From: Pyrinomonadaceae bacterium
Lineage (GTDB): Bacteria > Acidobacteriota > Blastocatellia > Pyrinomonadales > Pyrinomonadaceae
Direction of reading: 5' to 3'
DNA length: 64,000 nt
Assembly (NCBI GenBank): GCA_049679665.1
Contig: JBAUGL010000066.1
Location: 3,550-67,549, forward strand
Shown here one piece after another: positions 36,938-44,509 of the stretch. Each line of letters opens with the position of its first letter. The first letter of the stretch is position 1. Below the pieces are notes generated by a model that was not told the DNA's origin, did not search any database, and saw nothing but the letters and a program-made list of their open reading frames with translations. A program made the position numbers and the translations under genes.

Positions 36938-37426
36938 ATGTCTGATTTCAACGTATTTGATTACGTGCCGATCGTCATAATGTTTCTGGTCGCAATCGGA
37001 TTTGCTGGGAGCCAGTTGCTGGTGACGCAATTGATCGGCCCGCGAAAACGAACAGCGACGAAATTGATGCCCTACGAATGCGGCAAGGACCCGGTCGGTT
37101 CTGCGCGTTCGCGATTTTCGATCAAGTTTTATACCGTAGCGGTCATTTTCCTTTTATTCGATATCGAAGTTTTGTTTATGATTCCGTTCGCGGTTGCATT
37201 TAAGACACTTCTTGCCGAAGAAAAGATCAGCGGCATTGCCTTCGGAACCATCGCGCTTCTGGAAATACTTGTTTTCATAGGAACACTGATTGTTGGGTAT
37301 ATATATGTGTGGCGAAAAGGCACATTTGATTGGGGGGTTCAGGCCCGTGCCGAAGCGCGCGCCCAGGCGAAGATAATGGCGAATAAAAAGCGCAAAGAGG
37401 ATATCGAGGTAAAAAAAGCAGCTTAG
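36938..37426 (+). CDS. nuoA: NADH-quinone oxidoreductase subunit A (with charged C-terminal extension)
   Basis: PYECG motif, three TM segments, first gene of the nuo block. Confidence 0.9.
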   Translation: MSDFNVFDYVPIVIMFLVAIGFAGSQLLVTQLIGPRKRTATKLMPYECGKDPVGSARSRFSIKFYTVAVIFLLFDIEVLFMIPFAVAFKTLLAEEKISGIAFGTIALLEILVFIGTLIVGYIYVWRKGTFDWGVQARAEARAQAKIMANKKRKEDIEVKKAA

Positions 37427-37450
37427 CGGTGTTTGATTGGAATCTAAATC

Positions 37451-38098
37451 ATGGGGTTAGAGAATAAAATATTTGAATCATTGCCGGATGTTGTAACCGT
37501 CAAGCTGGATGCGGTTGTAAACTGGGCCCGAAAGTCCAGTCTTTGGCCGGCGACGTTTGGACTGGCTTGTTGTGCGATCGAGATGATGAATACTGTCTCG
37601 GCCCGGAACGACCTTTCGCGCTTCGGTGCGGAAACGTTTCGTGCGAGCCCGCGGCAGGCGGATGTGATGATCGTCTCAGGGCGTGTTTCACGTAAGATGG
37701 CACCGGTCCTACGGCGGATCTACGACCAAATGCCTGAGCCGAAATGGGTTATCTCGATGGGCGCCTGCGCTACCTCGGGCGGCGTTTTCGATAATTACGC
37801 TATCGTCCAGGGCGTCGACAAGATCGTTCCAGTGGACATATACGTTCCGGGATGCCCGCCTCGTCCGGAAATGCTCGTGCACGCGATAATGATGCTCCAA
37901 GACAAGATAATGAAGGAATCGGTCAAGGATCGCCTGGATACATTTGAACCGGAATCACGCGTTTCCATTGTTCCAGGCACTCTGCCCGTCACTGAAGGAA
38001 CCGCTCTTGAACGCAAAACTGAGATCGAAGTCGCGCAGAATAATGTCTCAAGACCTTATTCGATCCCTTCGAGACACGAGCGCCGACGATCGTCATAA
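37451..38098 (+). CDS. nuoB: NADH-quinone oxidoreductase subunit B
   Basis: N2 cluster ligand motifs [26 protein letters not shown]. About 50 aa of C-terminal extension. Confidence 0.95.
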   Translation: MGLENKIFESLPDVVTVKLDAVVNWARKSSLWPATFGLACCAIEMMNTVSARNDLSRFGAETFRASPRQADVMIVSGRVSRKMAPVLRRIYDQMPEPKWVISMGACATSGGVFDNYAIVQGVDKIVPVDIYVPGCPPRPEMLVHAIMMLQDKIMKESVKDRLDTFEPESRVSIVPGTLPVTEGTALERKTEIEVAQNNVSRPYSIPSRHERRRSS

Positions 38099-38117
38099 AC
38101 ATCTGATACTGCCTGAA

Positions 38118-38600
38118 ATGAATATCAAAGATTTGCTCGGCTTCGTCGACGCCTTAAAGACCGAGAACACAGCGTGGGTGAGTGAGGTCAAAGACGCGCT
38201 TGGCGAGGTGACGATTACGGTTCCCAGGGAAGCGATCGTCGATGTCTGCTGGGTGCTTAAAACGCAGCACGGTTTCGATATGCTGGCCGATCTTTGCGGC
38301 GGCGATCGCGGGCCGGAAGAAGACCCGCGGTTCGAGGTCAATTATCATGTGTTCTCCACGCGACACTACAATCGTTTACGTTTAAAGGTGTTGCTCTCCG
38401 AAGACGATCCGCTCGTTACCACAGTCACGACCGTGTGGAAAACTGCCGATTGGCACGAGCGCGAAACTTACGACCTTTTGGGTATTAAATTTGATGGGCA
38501 CCCCGACTTACGCAGGATCCTTCTGCCGTCGGATTTTGATGGCCATGCTTTGAGGAAGGATTATCCTTTACGAGGTTACGAGCCGTACAGCATGAATTAA
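38118..38600 (+). CDS. nuoC: NADH-quinone oxidoreductase subunit C
   Basis: WHERETYDLLGIKFDGHPDLRRILL signature. Start at ATG 38118 avoids overlap with nuoB; 38043 is an alternative. Confidence 0.85.
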   Translation: MNIKDLLGFVDALKTENTAWVSEVKDALGEVTITVPREAIVDVCWVLKTQHGFDMLADLCGGDRGPEEDPRFEVNYHVFSTRHYNRLRLKVLLSEDDPLVTTVTTVWKTADWHERETYDLLGIKFDGHPDLRRILLPSDFDGHALRKDYPLRGYEPYSMN

Positions 38601-38654
38601 GTATCACGGACCAATAGTCCGTCGCGACGGCGCTAGCAGCTGTCGTATGTTTTT

Positions 38655-39875
38655 ATGAGCATTTCCGTGGACAGAATTCCGGCACAATTCGAAGTGATCG
38701 ACGGCTCTCTAGATTCACAGATGACACTTTCGATGGGGCCGCAGCACCCTTCGACCCACGGGGTTTTGCGACTGGATCTGAGGCTCGACGGCGAGCTGGT
38801 TGTCAAGGCTATTCCCGACATAGGCTATCTGCATACGGGAATGGAGAAGCTCTTTGAATACAAGAAATACCAGCAGGGTATCGTCATAACGGATCGGATG
38901 GATTATCTTAATCCGCTTGGCAATAACCTTGCGTATGTGATGGCCGCCGAAAAGCTTCTGCAGCTTGAAATACCCGAACGGGCACAGGTCGTCCGTGTGC
39001 TGATGTGTGAACTGCAGCGTATTGCCTCGCATATGGTCTGGTTGGGTACGAGCGCTCTCGATCTCGGCGCGATGAGCGTGTTCTTCTTCTGTTTCAAGCA
39101 GCGCGAAAAGATACTTAACCTTATCGAATCGGCCTCAGGCGGCCGAATGACGCCCAGCTATTTCCGTATCGGCGGACTAATGATGGATCTCCCGGCGGGA
39201 TTCGAACGCCGCTGCAACCAGTTCATGGCCGATTTTCCGGAAGCACTAAGTACCTTTGATACGCTTGTCACCGGGAACACAATTTGGCAAAGCCGAACGA
39301 TGGGGATCGGCGTGATCTCGGCCGAAGAAGCGATCTCATGGGGACTGACGGGGCCGAGCCTTCGCGGAAGCGGGGTTGAACTCGATCTTCGCCGTCACAA
39401 CCCCTATACCGGTTACGAAACTTACGATTTCGACATTCCCACGGAGCCCGACGGCGACGTCTGGTCGCGATTTCGTGTACGTATGCGGGAACTCGACGAA
39501 TCATACAAGATCGTTCGTCAGGCGCTCGAACGCCTGAAGCCCGGCCCGATCAAGGCGGACTCGCCTAAAGTCGTACTACCCGACCGCGACGATATGCGCA
39601 AGCATATGGATTCGCTGATCCATCACTTCCTGATCGTTGCCGAAGGATTTAACGTGCCCGAGGGTGAGGTTTATATGGCGATCGAGGCTTCAAAAGGCGA
39701 ACTCGGTGTCTACATGAAGTCCAACGGCGGCCCGAAGCCGGAACGCGTCCACTTCCGCGGCCCAAGCTTTGTAAATCTTTCGGCGTTGCCCGTGATGAGC
39801 GAAGGAGAGATGGTAGCTGACGTGGTGGCGATAATCGGAAGCCTGGATATTGTGCTTGGAGAGATAGATCGATAG
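38655..39875 (+). CDS. nuoD: NADH-quinone oxidoreductase subunit D
   Basis: MGPQHPSTHGVLRL, GYLHTGMEK, and a C-terminal DIVLGEIDR ending. Confidence 0.97.
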   Translation: MSISVDRIPAQFEVIDGSLDSQMTLSMGPQHPSTHGVLRLDLRLDGELVVKAIPDIGYLHTGMEKLFEYKKYQQGIVITDRMDYLNPLGNNLAYVMAAEKLLQLEIPERAQVVRVLMCELQRIASHMVWLGTSALDLGAMSVFFFCFKQREKILNLIESASGGRMTPSYFRIGGLMMDLPAGFERRCNQFMADFPEALSTFDTLVTGNTIWQSRTMGIGVISAEEAISWGLTGPSLRGSGVELDLRRHNPYTGYETYDFDIPTEPDGDVWSRFRVRMRELDESYKIVRQALERLKPGPIKADSPKVVLPDRDDMRKHMDSLIHHFLIVAEGFNVPEGEVYMAIEASKGELGVYMKSNGGPKPERVHFRGPSFVNLSALPVMSEGEMVADVVAIIGSLDIVLGEIDR

Positions 39876-39881
39876 AACAGT

Positions 39882-40229
39882 ATGGCGGGAGAATACGACG
39901 AGAAATTCGAGCAACTTACAACCGTGATTTCGAGAGTTGTCGGCCGGGTAGACGAACTACGTCTTGAAATGCGTGATATGAGCAGCGAACTGCGATCTAA
40001 TACGACGCAGTTAGGATCGGTTACGACGGCGCTAGGATCGGTTAAAACGGAGCTAAGATCGGTTAAATCGGAACTAGGATCGGTTACGACGCGTCTTGGA
40101 TCGCTTGAAAGTAAAGTCAACTTACTTTCGGCACAGTTCACCGATGTCGCCAGCATGGCGATCAAGGACCATCCGAGGATCGACAACCTTGAACAACGCG
40201 TCGGTGCTCTCGAATCAGAAACACATTGA
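39882..40229 (+). CDS. Small heptad-repeat coiled-coil protein of unknown function inserted between nuoD and nuoE
   Basis: 115-aa ORF 6 nt after the nuoD stop. Its stop overlaps the nuoE ATG (TGATG). Core is LRSNTTQ-LGSVTTA-LGSVKTE-LRSVKSE-LGSVTTR-LGSLESK. Confidence 0.6.
   Translation: MAGEYDEKFEQLTTVISRVVGRVDELRLEMRDMSSELRSNTTQLGSVTTALGSVKTELRSVKSELGSVTTRLGSLESKVNLLSAQFTDVASMAIKDHPRIDNLEQRVGALESETH
39990..40115 (+). repeat. Six tandem 21-bp units (consensus about CTAGGATCGGTTACGACGNNN) encoding heptads
   Basis: Read directly from the sequence. Units start at 39990, 40011, 40032, 40053, 40074 and 40095. Confidence 0.9.
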
Positions 40230-40759
40230 TGGCAACAGCAGCCCCCACAACTTTTACAGATCAGATCGAATACTCCGAAGAAGTAGCGGAGTTTTCGCCG
40301 GATATCATCGATGAAATGTACGGCCACCTCGCTAAGTACCCGCCAGAGCGGAGCCGTTCTGCTTTGATACCGCTCTTGACGCTGGTCCAGCGTGAACGTG
40401 GATGGATAGACAACCCGGGTGTGAATTTCCTCGCAAAATTCCTCGGACTGCATGTTACCGATGTTTGGGAAACGGCGACGTTCTATTCGATGTTCAATCT
40501 GCGCCCAGTGGGCCGCCACCACATCCAGATCTGCAAGACGCTCTCGTGCAAGATCATGGGCGAGCCCGAGATCACCGATCATATCTGTAAAAAGATCGGT
40601 ATTCACCCTGGCGAAACAACCGAGGACGGCAAGTTTACCGTCACGATGGTCGAATGCCTCGGAAGCTGCGGTACGGCGCCGATGATGCAGATCGGGTTTG
40701 ATTATCACGAGGACCTGACAACGAAGAAGGTAGATGAGATTTTGGATTCGTGTCAGTAG
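40229..40759 (+). CDS. nuoE: NADH-quinone oxidoreductase subunit E
   Basis: Thioredoxin-like 2Fe-2S motifs ICKTLSC ... ECLGSCGTAP and the YP...SALIPLL N-terminal region. Confidence 0.93.
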   Translation: MATAAPTTFTDQIEYSEEVAEFSPDIIDEMYGHLAKYPPERSRSALIPLLTLVQRERGWIDNPGVNFLAKFLGLHVTDVWETATFYSMFNLRPVGRHHIQICKTLSCKIMGEPEITDHICKKIGIHPGETTEDGKFTVTMVECLGSCGTAPMMQIGFDYHEDLTTKKVDEILDSCQ

Positions 40760-40814
40760 GTTGGATGTGTCAGTAGCTCGCACGTGTCAGTAGCCCGCAC
40801 GTGAGTAAGGGCTC
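40751..40814 (+). repeat. REP-like cluster: TGTCAGTAG x3 at 17-nt spacing, the third extending into a full unit GTGTCAGTAGCCCGCACGTGAGTAAGGGCTC
   Basis: Copies at 40751, 40768 and 40785. The first copy supplies the nuoE Cys-Gln-stop codons. Confidence 0.75.
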
Positions 40815-41370
40815 GACATATATCTCGTTCAACGTTATTTTGACTACTCGCGACTACATAGAGTTTCAGGATCGTTCGGTAGCAAAAGGGTATTTGATAA
40901 CATTCCGGTGCTACGGAACATGGCTGCACGGAGACGAACAAGGCTCCGTCGATCGACGATGGCACAACACGTATGGCACTACGATGATCAAGCCTGACGC
41001 CGAAAAAGTTAGTCGAAAGGCGAGCCAATTAAAGAGCGAGACTTTTCTGCTGCGCGGACGCGAGCGAAAAGTCGTTGAAGAAGCGATCAGAGAAGTCTGC
41101 GATGTTCGGGGATACGGATTATTCGCTGTGAACGTGAGGACCAATCACGCTCACTCGGTCGTTAGTAATTCCGATAAACCGGAACGATTGATGAATAGCT
41201 TTAAGGCGTATTCTACTAAGGCTCTAAGAACTGCCGGTTTACTCGCAGCCGACGCTCGGGCATGGAGCCGTCATGGAAGCACGAGATATCTCTGGACAGA
41301 CGACCACATTTCAGCGGCGGTTGACTATGTAGTCAACGGGCAGGGCGGTGACTTGCCGAAGTTTGAATAG
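40801..41370 (+). CDS. IS200-like / REP-associated tyrosine transposase (RAYT, HUH-Y1 family)
   Basis: YLITFRCYGTWLHGD N-terminal strand, HUH motif VRTNHAHSVV, catalytic-Tyr region WSRHGSTRYLWTDDHISAAVDYV. GTG start lies inside a REP unit, so the start is uncertain. Confidence 0.8.
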   Translation: MSKGSTYISFNVILTTRDYIEFQDRSVAKGYLITFRCYGTWLHGDEQGSVDRRWHNTYGTTMIKPDAEKVSRKASQLKSETFLLRGRERKVVEEAIREVCDVRGYGLFAVNVRTNHAHSVVSNSDKPERLMNSFKAYSTKALRTAGLLAADARAWSRHGSTRYLWTDDHISAAVDYVVNGQGGDLPKFE

Positions 41371-41375
41371 TAGTT

Positions 41376-41508
41376 GTGTCAGTAGCCCGCACAGTAAGTA
41401 GGGACTCAACGTAGAGCTAGATAACGTTGGCCACCACGCTCGACCACGTTACCTGATATTGACTTATGAATGAACTTGAGCCCTTACTTACGTGCGGGCT
41501 ACTGACAC
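41376..41508. repeat. REPIN-like inverted pair of the same REP unit
   Basis: Direct unit at 41376-41407 (GTGTCAGTAGCCCGCACAGTAAGTAGGGACTC). Inverted unit at 41478-41508 (reverse complement GTGTCAGTAGCCCGCACGTAAGTAAGGGCTC). Spacer is 70 nt. Confidence 0.75.
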
Positions 41509-41559
41509 GAGGATTTGACGACTGAAAAGGTGGATAAGATTTTGGAGGAATGTCAATGA
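41509..41559 (+). pseudogene. Orphan copy of the nuoE 3' terminus (encodes EDLTTEKVDKILEECQ-stop)
   Basis: Hand alignment to 40708-40758 gives about 36/51 nt and 12/16 aa identical. It ends in an ATGA overlap with the next ORF. Confidence 0.65.
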
Positions 41560-41915
41560 GGGAAGGAACTCAAACGATAGCAAATCAGCAACCCACAAAT
41601 GTCTTTGTCGCTTTCGAGATGCTTCTTGAGGAAATAGAGGCGGAGGTCGAAATCGTAAATCGAGCAGGTGGAAGGGCGTTCGAGCGAGGGAACTATGAAG
41701 ATACCCGCGCAATTCTCGAACGAGCTGGCGTGGTCACAAGTTTCCGGGATCGGACTGATGCGTTGCGTCGCGATTGGGATAGCTTCTTCGCTTCAGCCGA
41801 AGCCAAGGAAGATGTTGAGACGCTCGCTGAACGGCGAAATCTTGGACGCCTATCACGAGGATTGAGGACGCCTGAGCAGGCGTACAATCGACCAATTCTT
41901 GAGGTACTGAACTAG
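41550..41915 (+). CDS. Hypothetical protein, N-terminal fragment of a winged-helix protein; ends at an in-frame TAG
   Basis: ATG at 41550 or 41556. The C-terminus ...RTPEQAYNRPILEVLN looks like the opening helix of an Mrr_N-type winged helix that continues in the next ORF. Confidence 0.5.
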   Translation: MSMREGTQTIANQQPTNVFVAFEMLLEEIEAEVEIVNRAGGRAFERGNYEDTRAILERAGVVTSFRDRTDALRRDWDSFFASAEAKEDVETLAERRNLGRLSRGLRTPEQAYNRPILEVLN

Positions 41916-42152
41916 ATGGGCGGCAGGGGGCCAATGAGCGAGGTACTCGACAAAGTTCAAGTCAAGTTGGGTGGTGTGCTAAAAGACGTGGACTTCGAAC
42001 CGTTGGCATCCGACACCAATATTCTTCGTTGGCGAAATGCAGCCCAGTGGGCAAGGAATACGCTGGTTAAGGAAAGGCTGCTTAAGAATGATAGTCCACG
42101 AGGAACTTGGGAAATCACTGAAGCAGGTACTAAGGCCCTACGCGAAACATAA
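41916..42152 (+). CDS. Mrr_N-like winged-helix domain fragment, same frame as the preceding ORF
   Basis: GGRGPMSEVLDKV...LRWRNAAQWARNTLVKERLLKNDSPRGTWEITEAG matches the Mrr N-terminal wHTH pattern. Its stop overlaps the nuoF ATG (TAATG). Confidence 0.55.
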   Translation: MGGRGPMSEVLDKVQVKLGGVLKDVDFEPLASDTNILRWRNAAQWARNTLVKERLLKNDSPRGTWEITEAGTKALRET

Positions 42153-43459
42153 TGGAAATCAAAGCAATTGGCTGTGAGCCGCTTCAGTTGAAGCGAATGC
42201 ACATCAAGGATGGGCACACGCTAAAGGTGTATCGCGAAACGGGCGGTTACAAGACGCTCGAAAAGGCGCTCAAGATGGCGCCGGCGGATATTATCGAAGA
42301 GGTGAAACTGTCAGCGCTGAGAGGGCGTGGCGGTGCCGGATTCCCGACCGGGATGAAATGGTCGTTTGTTCCAAAAGATTCGCCGAAGCAGAAATATATC
42401 GTCTGCAACGCCGACGAGTCAGAGCCTGGCTCATTCAAAGACCGGTATTTGATGGAACGCGACCCGCATTCAATGATCGAAGGGATGATCATCGCCGCGT
42501 ATACACTTGGTTCGCAGACGGGCTACATTTATACACGCGGCGAATATAAGTACCTGATCGATATTATGGATGCCGCCCTTGCCGAGTGCCGCGAAGCCGG
42601 CATTCTCGGCAAAAACATCTTCGGCTCGGATTTTTCGTGCGATATTCATACGCACACCGGCGCCGGTGCTTATATCTGCGGTGAAGAAACGGCATTGCTC
42701 TCGAGCCTTGAAGGGTTTCGAGGTCATCCGCGGATGAAGCCTCCGTTTCCGGCCGTCGAGGGTCTGTATGCATCGCCGACGATCGTAAATAATGTCGAAA
42801 CATTCACCTCGATCCCGCAGATCATCGAAATGGGTGGAATTGCCTGGCGCGATCTTGGCACGGAAAAATCGGGCGGGACAAAGCTTTGGTCTATCAGCGG
42901 ACACGTTAAGAAACCGGGCGTTTACGAGCTTCCGATGGGCTACGCCGATATGGAAAAGTTCATCTTCGAGGATTGCGGCGGGATGCTTCGCGACGATAAG
43001 AAGCTCAAGGCGGTCATCCCAGGCGGTTCGAGCGTTTACATAATGAATGCCGGCCAGATTCTCGGCAAAAACGTCACGCTGGATTACGAGGGCCTTGTCG
43101 CAGCGGGCTCGATGCTTGGCACGGGCGGGATGATGGTTATGGATTCCACGGTCGATATTATGGAATCGACCAAGAATCTGTCGGAGTTCTATAAACACGA
43201 ATCGTGCGGTTGGTGTACCCCATGCCGCGAAGGAACGGATTGGCTCGTCAAAATTTTCGACCGCATTGCATCAGGCGGCGGACGCCCCGAGGATGCACAG
43301 CTGCTGCTCGACATCTGCGACAACATCGAAGGCAAAAGCTTTTGCCCGCTAGGTGATGCGGCCGCATGGCCGGTCCAAAGCGCGATCAAACAGTTTCCGG
43401 ATGATTTTAGGAAGTGGCTCGTCGATAATACGAATGGCGATATCGTTGCAAATGTTTAA
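42152..43459 (+). CDS. nuoF: NADH-quinone oxidoreductase subunit F
   Basis: GRGGAGFPTG (FMN), CNADESEPG, GAGAYICGEETAL (NADH), and the N3 cluster motif ESCGWCTPCREG. Confidence 0.96.
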   Translation: MEIKAIGCEPLQLKRMHIKDGHTLKVYRETGGYKTLEKALKMAPADIIEEVKLSALRGRGGAGFPTGMKWSFVPKDSPKQKYIVCNADESEPGSFKDRYLMERDPHSMIEGMIIAAYTLGSQTGYIYTRGEYKYLIDIMDAALAECREAGILGKNIFGSDFSCDIHTHTGAGAYICGEETALLSSLEGFRGHPRMKPPFPAVEGLYASPTIVNNVETFTSIPQIIEMGGIAWRDLGTEKSGGTKLWSISGHVKKPGVYELPMGYADMEKFIFEDCGGMLRDDKKLKAVIPGGSSVYIMNAGQILGKNVTLDYEGLVAAGSMLGTGGMMVMDSTVDIMESTKNLSEFYKHESCGWCTPCREGTDWLVKIFDRIASGGGRPEDAQLLLDICDNIEGKSFCPLGDAAAWPVQSAIKQFPDDFRKWLVDNTNGDIVANV

Positions 43460-43517
43460 CTTCGTGTTCGAAACTGTCAATACGATTTATGTTTTTCACT
43501 AAAATAGGGAGGATGCT

Positions 43518-44411
43518 ATGAAACAACTTAGACTTCTTGTACTGCTGATGTTGGGTCTCTTGCTTTTTTCTGGGATTATCTCGGCGCAAAACAATCAGGT
43601 CATCATATACAACGATTTCAATTTTCAGGGTGCCAACATAGCTCTTACAGGAAACTGGAACGGAACGGGTGGCTTTGACCGGAACATAAAGTCGGTCCGC
43701 ATTCCCCAGGGGTACAGGGTGACCATGTTCCAAGAGAAGAATTTCAGGGGAACGTCGACGGGGGTTATGACGGAAGACTGGAACCCAGGCCGGGGTGCCC
43801 ACTGGATCAACCGGGTTCGTTCGATCCGGGTCGAAGGTGGATACGCTCCTCCGCCGACTCCGGGCGATTTCCCTGTGATTTACGCCCAGGCGAATTACCA
43901 GGGGCCGGCTGAAGCGATAGAAAACGGCTATGCCGGACGGCGTGACTGGGAAGGCTCGCCTCATCGAATCCGATCGATCCGTGTGCCTGCCGGCTGGAAA
44001 CTTACGCTATATACACTGCGGAATTACACCGGGCAGCAAACCACGGTCACATCCAGTATATCGTGGGTTCCCGGCGATTGGTGGAGCGGGAAAGTTCGTT
44101 CGATACGAGTTGAACGTACCGGCGGCGGCACAACTCCGGGCGGTTCCGTTGTGATCTATGCCCAAAACAACTATAACGGCCCAGCCATGGCCGTCGATCG
44201 CGACTGGCCGGGCAATCGTGATTGGGACGGCAGGCCGCACAGGATTCGTTCCATCCGGGTGCCGCAGGGTCGACCAATTATGGTTTATGAAAAGACAAAT
44301 TACCGCGGCAGGTCATATCTCGTGACATCGGACTGGGCGCCGCAGCCGGGCGATTGGTGGTTCGGTCGGATCCGTTCGATCAAACTCAATCCGGGGCCAC
44401 AGCCTAGATAG
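43518..44411 (+). CDS. Secreted protein with three beta/gamma-crystallin-type domains
   Basis: GGGAGGA Shine-Dalgarno sequence and signal peptide MKQLRLLVLLMLGLLLFSGIISAQ. Three units of the form (V)IYxxxNYxG...IRSIRVPxG...(Y/F)xxxNYxG...VRSIRV. Confidence 0.8.
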   Translation: MKQLRLLVLLMLGLLLFSGIISAQNNQVIIYNDFNFQGANIALTGNWNGTGGFDRNIKSVRIPQGYRVTMFQEKNFRGTSTGVMTEDWNPGRGAHWINRVRSIRVEGGYAPPPTPGDFPVIYAQANYQGPAEAIENGYAGRRDWEGSPHRIRSIRVPAGWKLTLYTLRNYTGQQTTVTSSISWVPGDWWSGKVRSIRVERTGGGTTPGGSVVIYAQNNYNGPAMAVDRDWPGNRDWDGRPHRIRSIRVPQGRPIMVYEKTNYRGRSYLVTSDWAPQPGDWWFGRIRSIKLNPGPQPR

Positions 44412-44432
44412 TACTAACAAAAGTTAGTGTCG

Positions 44433-44460
44433 CGGGAGCCATCGTGAAGCATGGCTCCCG
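44433..44460 (+). other. Strong 10-bp hairpin after the crystallin gene (possible U-tract-less terminator or processing site)
   Basis: CGGGAGCCAT / ATGGCTCCCG with an 8-nt loop. A second small hairpin GCAAA/TTTGC follows at 44461-44478. Confidence 0.4.
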
Positions 44461-44509
44461 GCAAATTGTAAAGTTTGCGACCAACCGGGATATTTTGATG
44501 CAGTTCAAT

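Larger units (their letters stand above)
40708..41508 (+). mobile_element. RAYT/REP cassette: nuoE-like 3' end, REP-like repeats, IS200-like HUH transposase gene and a REPIN-like inverted pair
   Basis: Bounded by two diverged copies of the nuoE terminus (40708-40758 and 41509-41559). See the repeat and CDS entries inside. Confidence 0.55.

Noticed and set aside
37944-38117. Longer nuoC starts at 37944 and 38043
   Set aside because: They would overlap the nuoB 3' end by 56-155 nt. Alignment by eye with Nqo5-type N-termini fits the ATG at 38118, but the start remains uncertain.
39990-40115. Tandem 21-bp repeat as a possible CRISPR array (also the TTGAAC array at 59222-59290)
   Set aside because: The repeats are contiguous with no unique spacers and are far shorter than CRISPR repeats. 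The first array is in-frame coding sequence.
39710-40783. 357-aa minus-strand ORF spanning the nuoD end, the coiled-coil gene and all of nuoE
   Set aside because: It is antisense to strongly conserved nuo coding sequence. Its repetitive TDPSS/LTDLSS peptides are just the reverse-complement reading of the 21-bp repeat, and no motif was recognised.
42470-43198. 242-aa minus-strand ORF, and similarly 45986-46615 and 10367-10909
   Set aside because: These are shadow ORFs antisense to nuoF, nuoG and the HEAT-repeat gene respectively. The sense-strand genes have diagnostic motifs.
44444-44509. GTG start at 44444 for the lipase-like gene
   Set aside because: The GTG lies in the loop of the strong 44433-44460 hairpin and precedes a non-signal-like peptide. 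ATG 44510 begins a canonical signal peptide.
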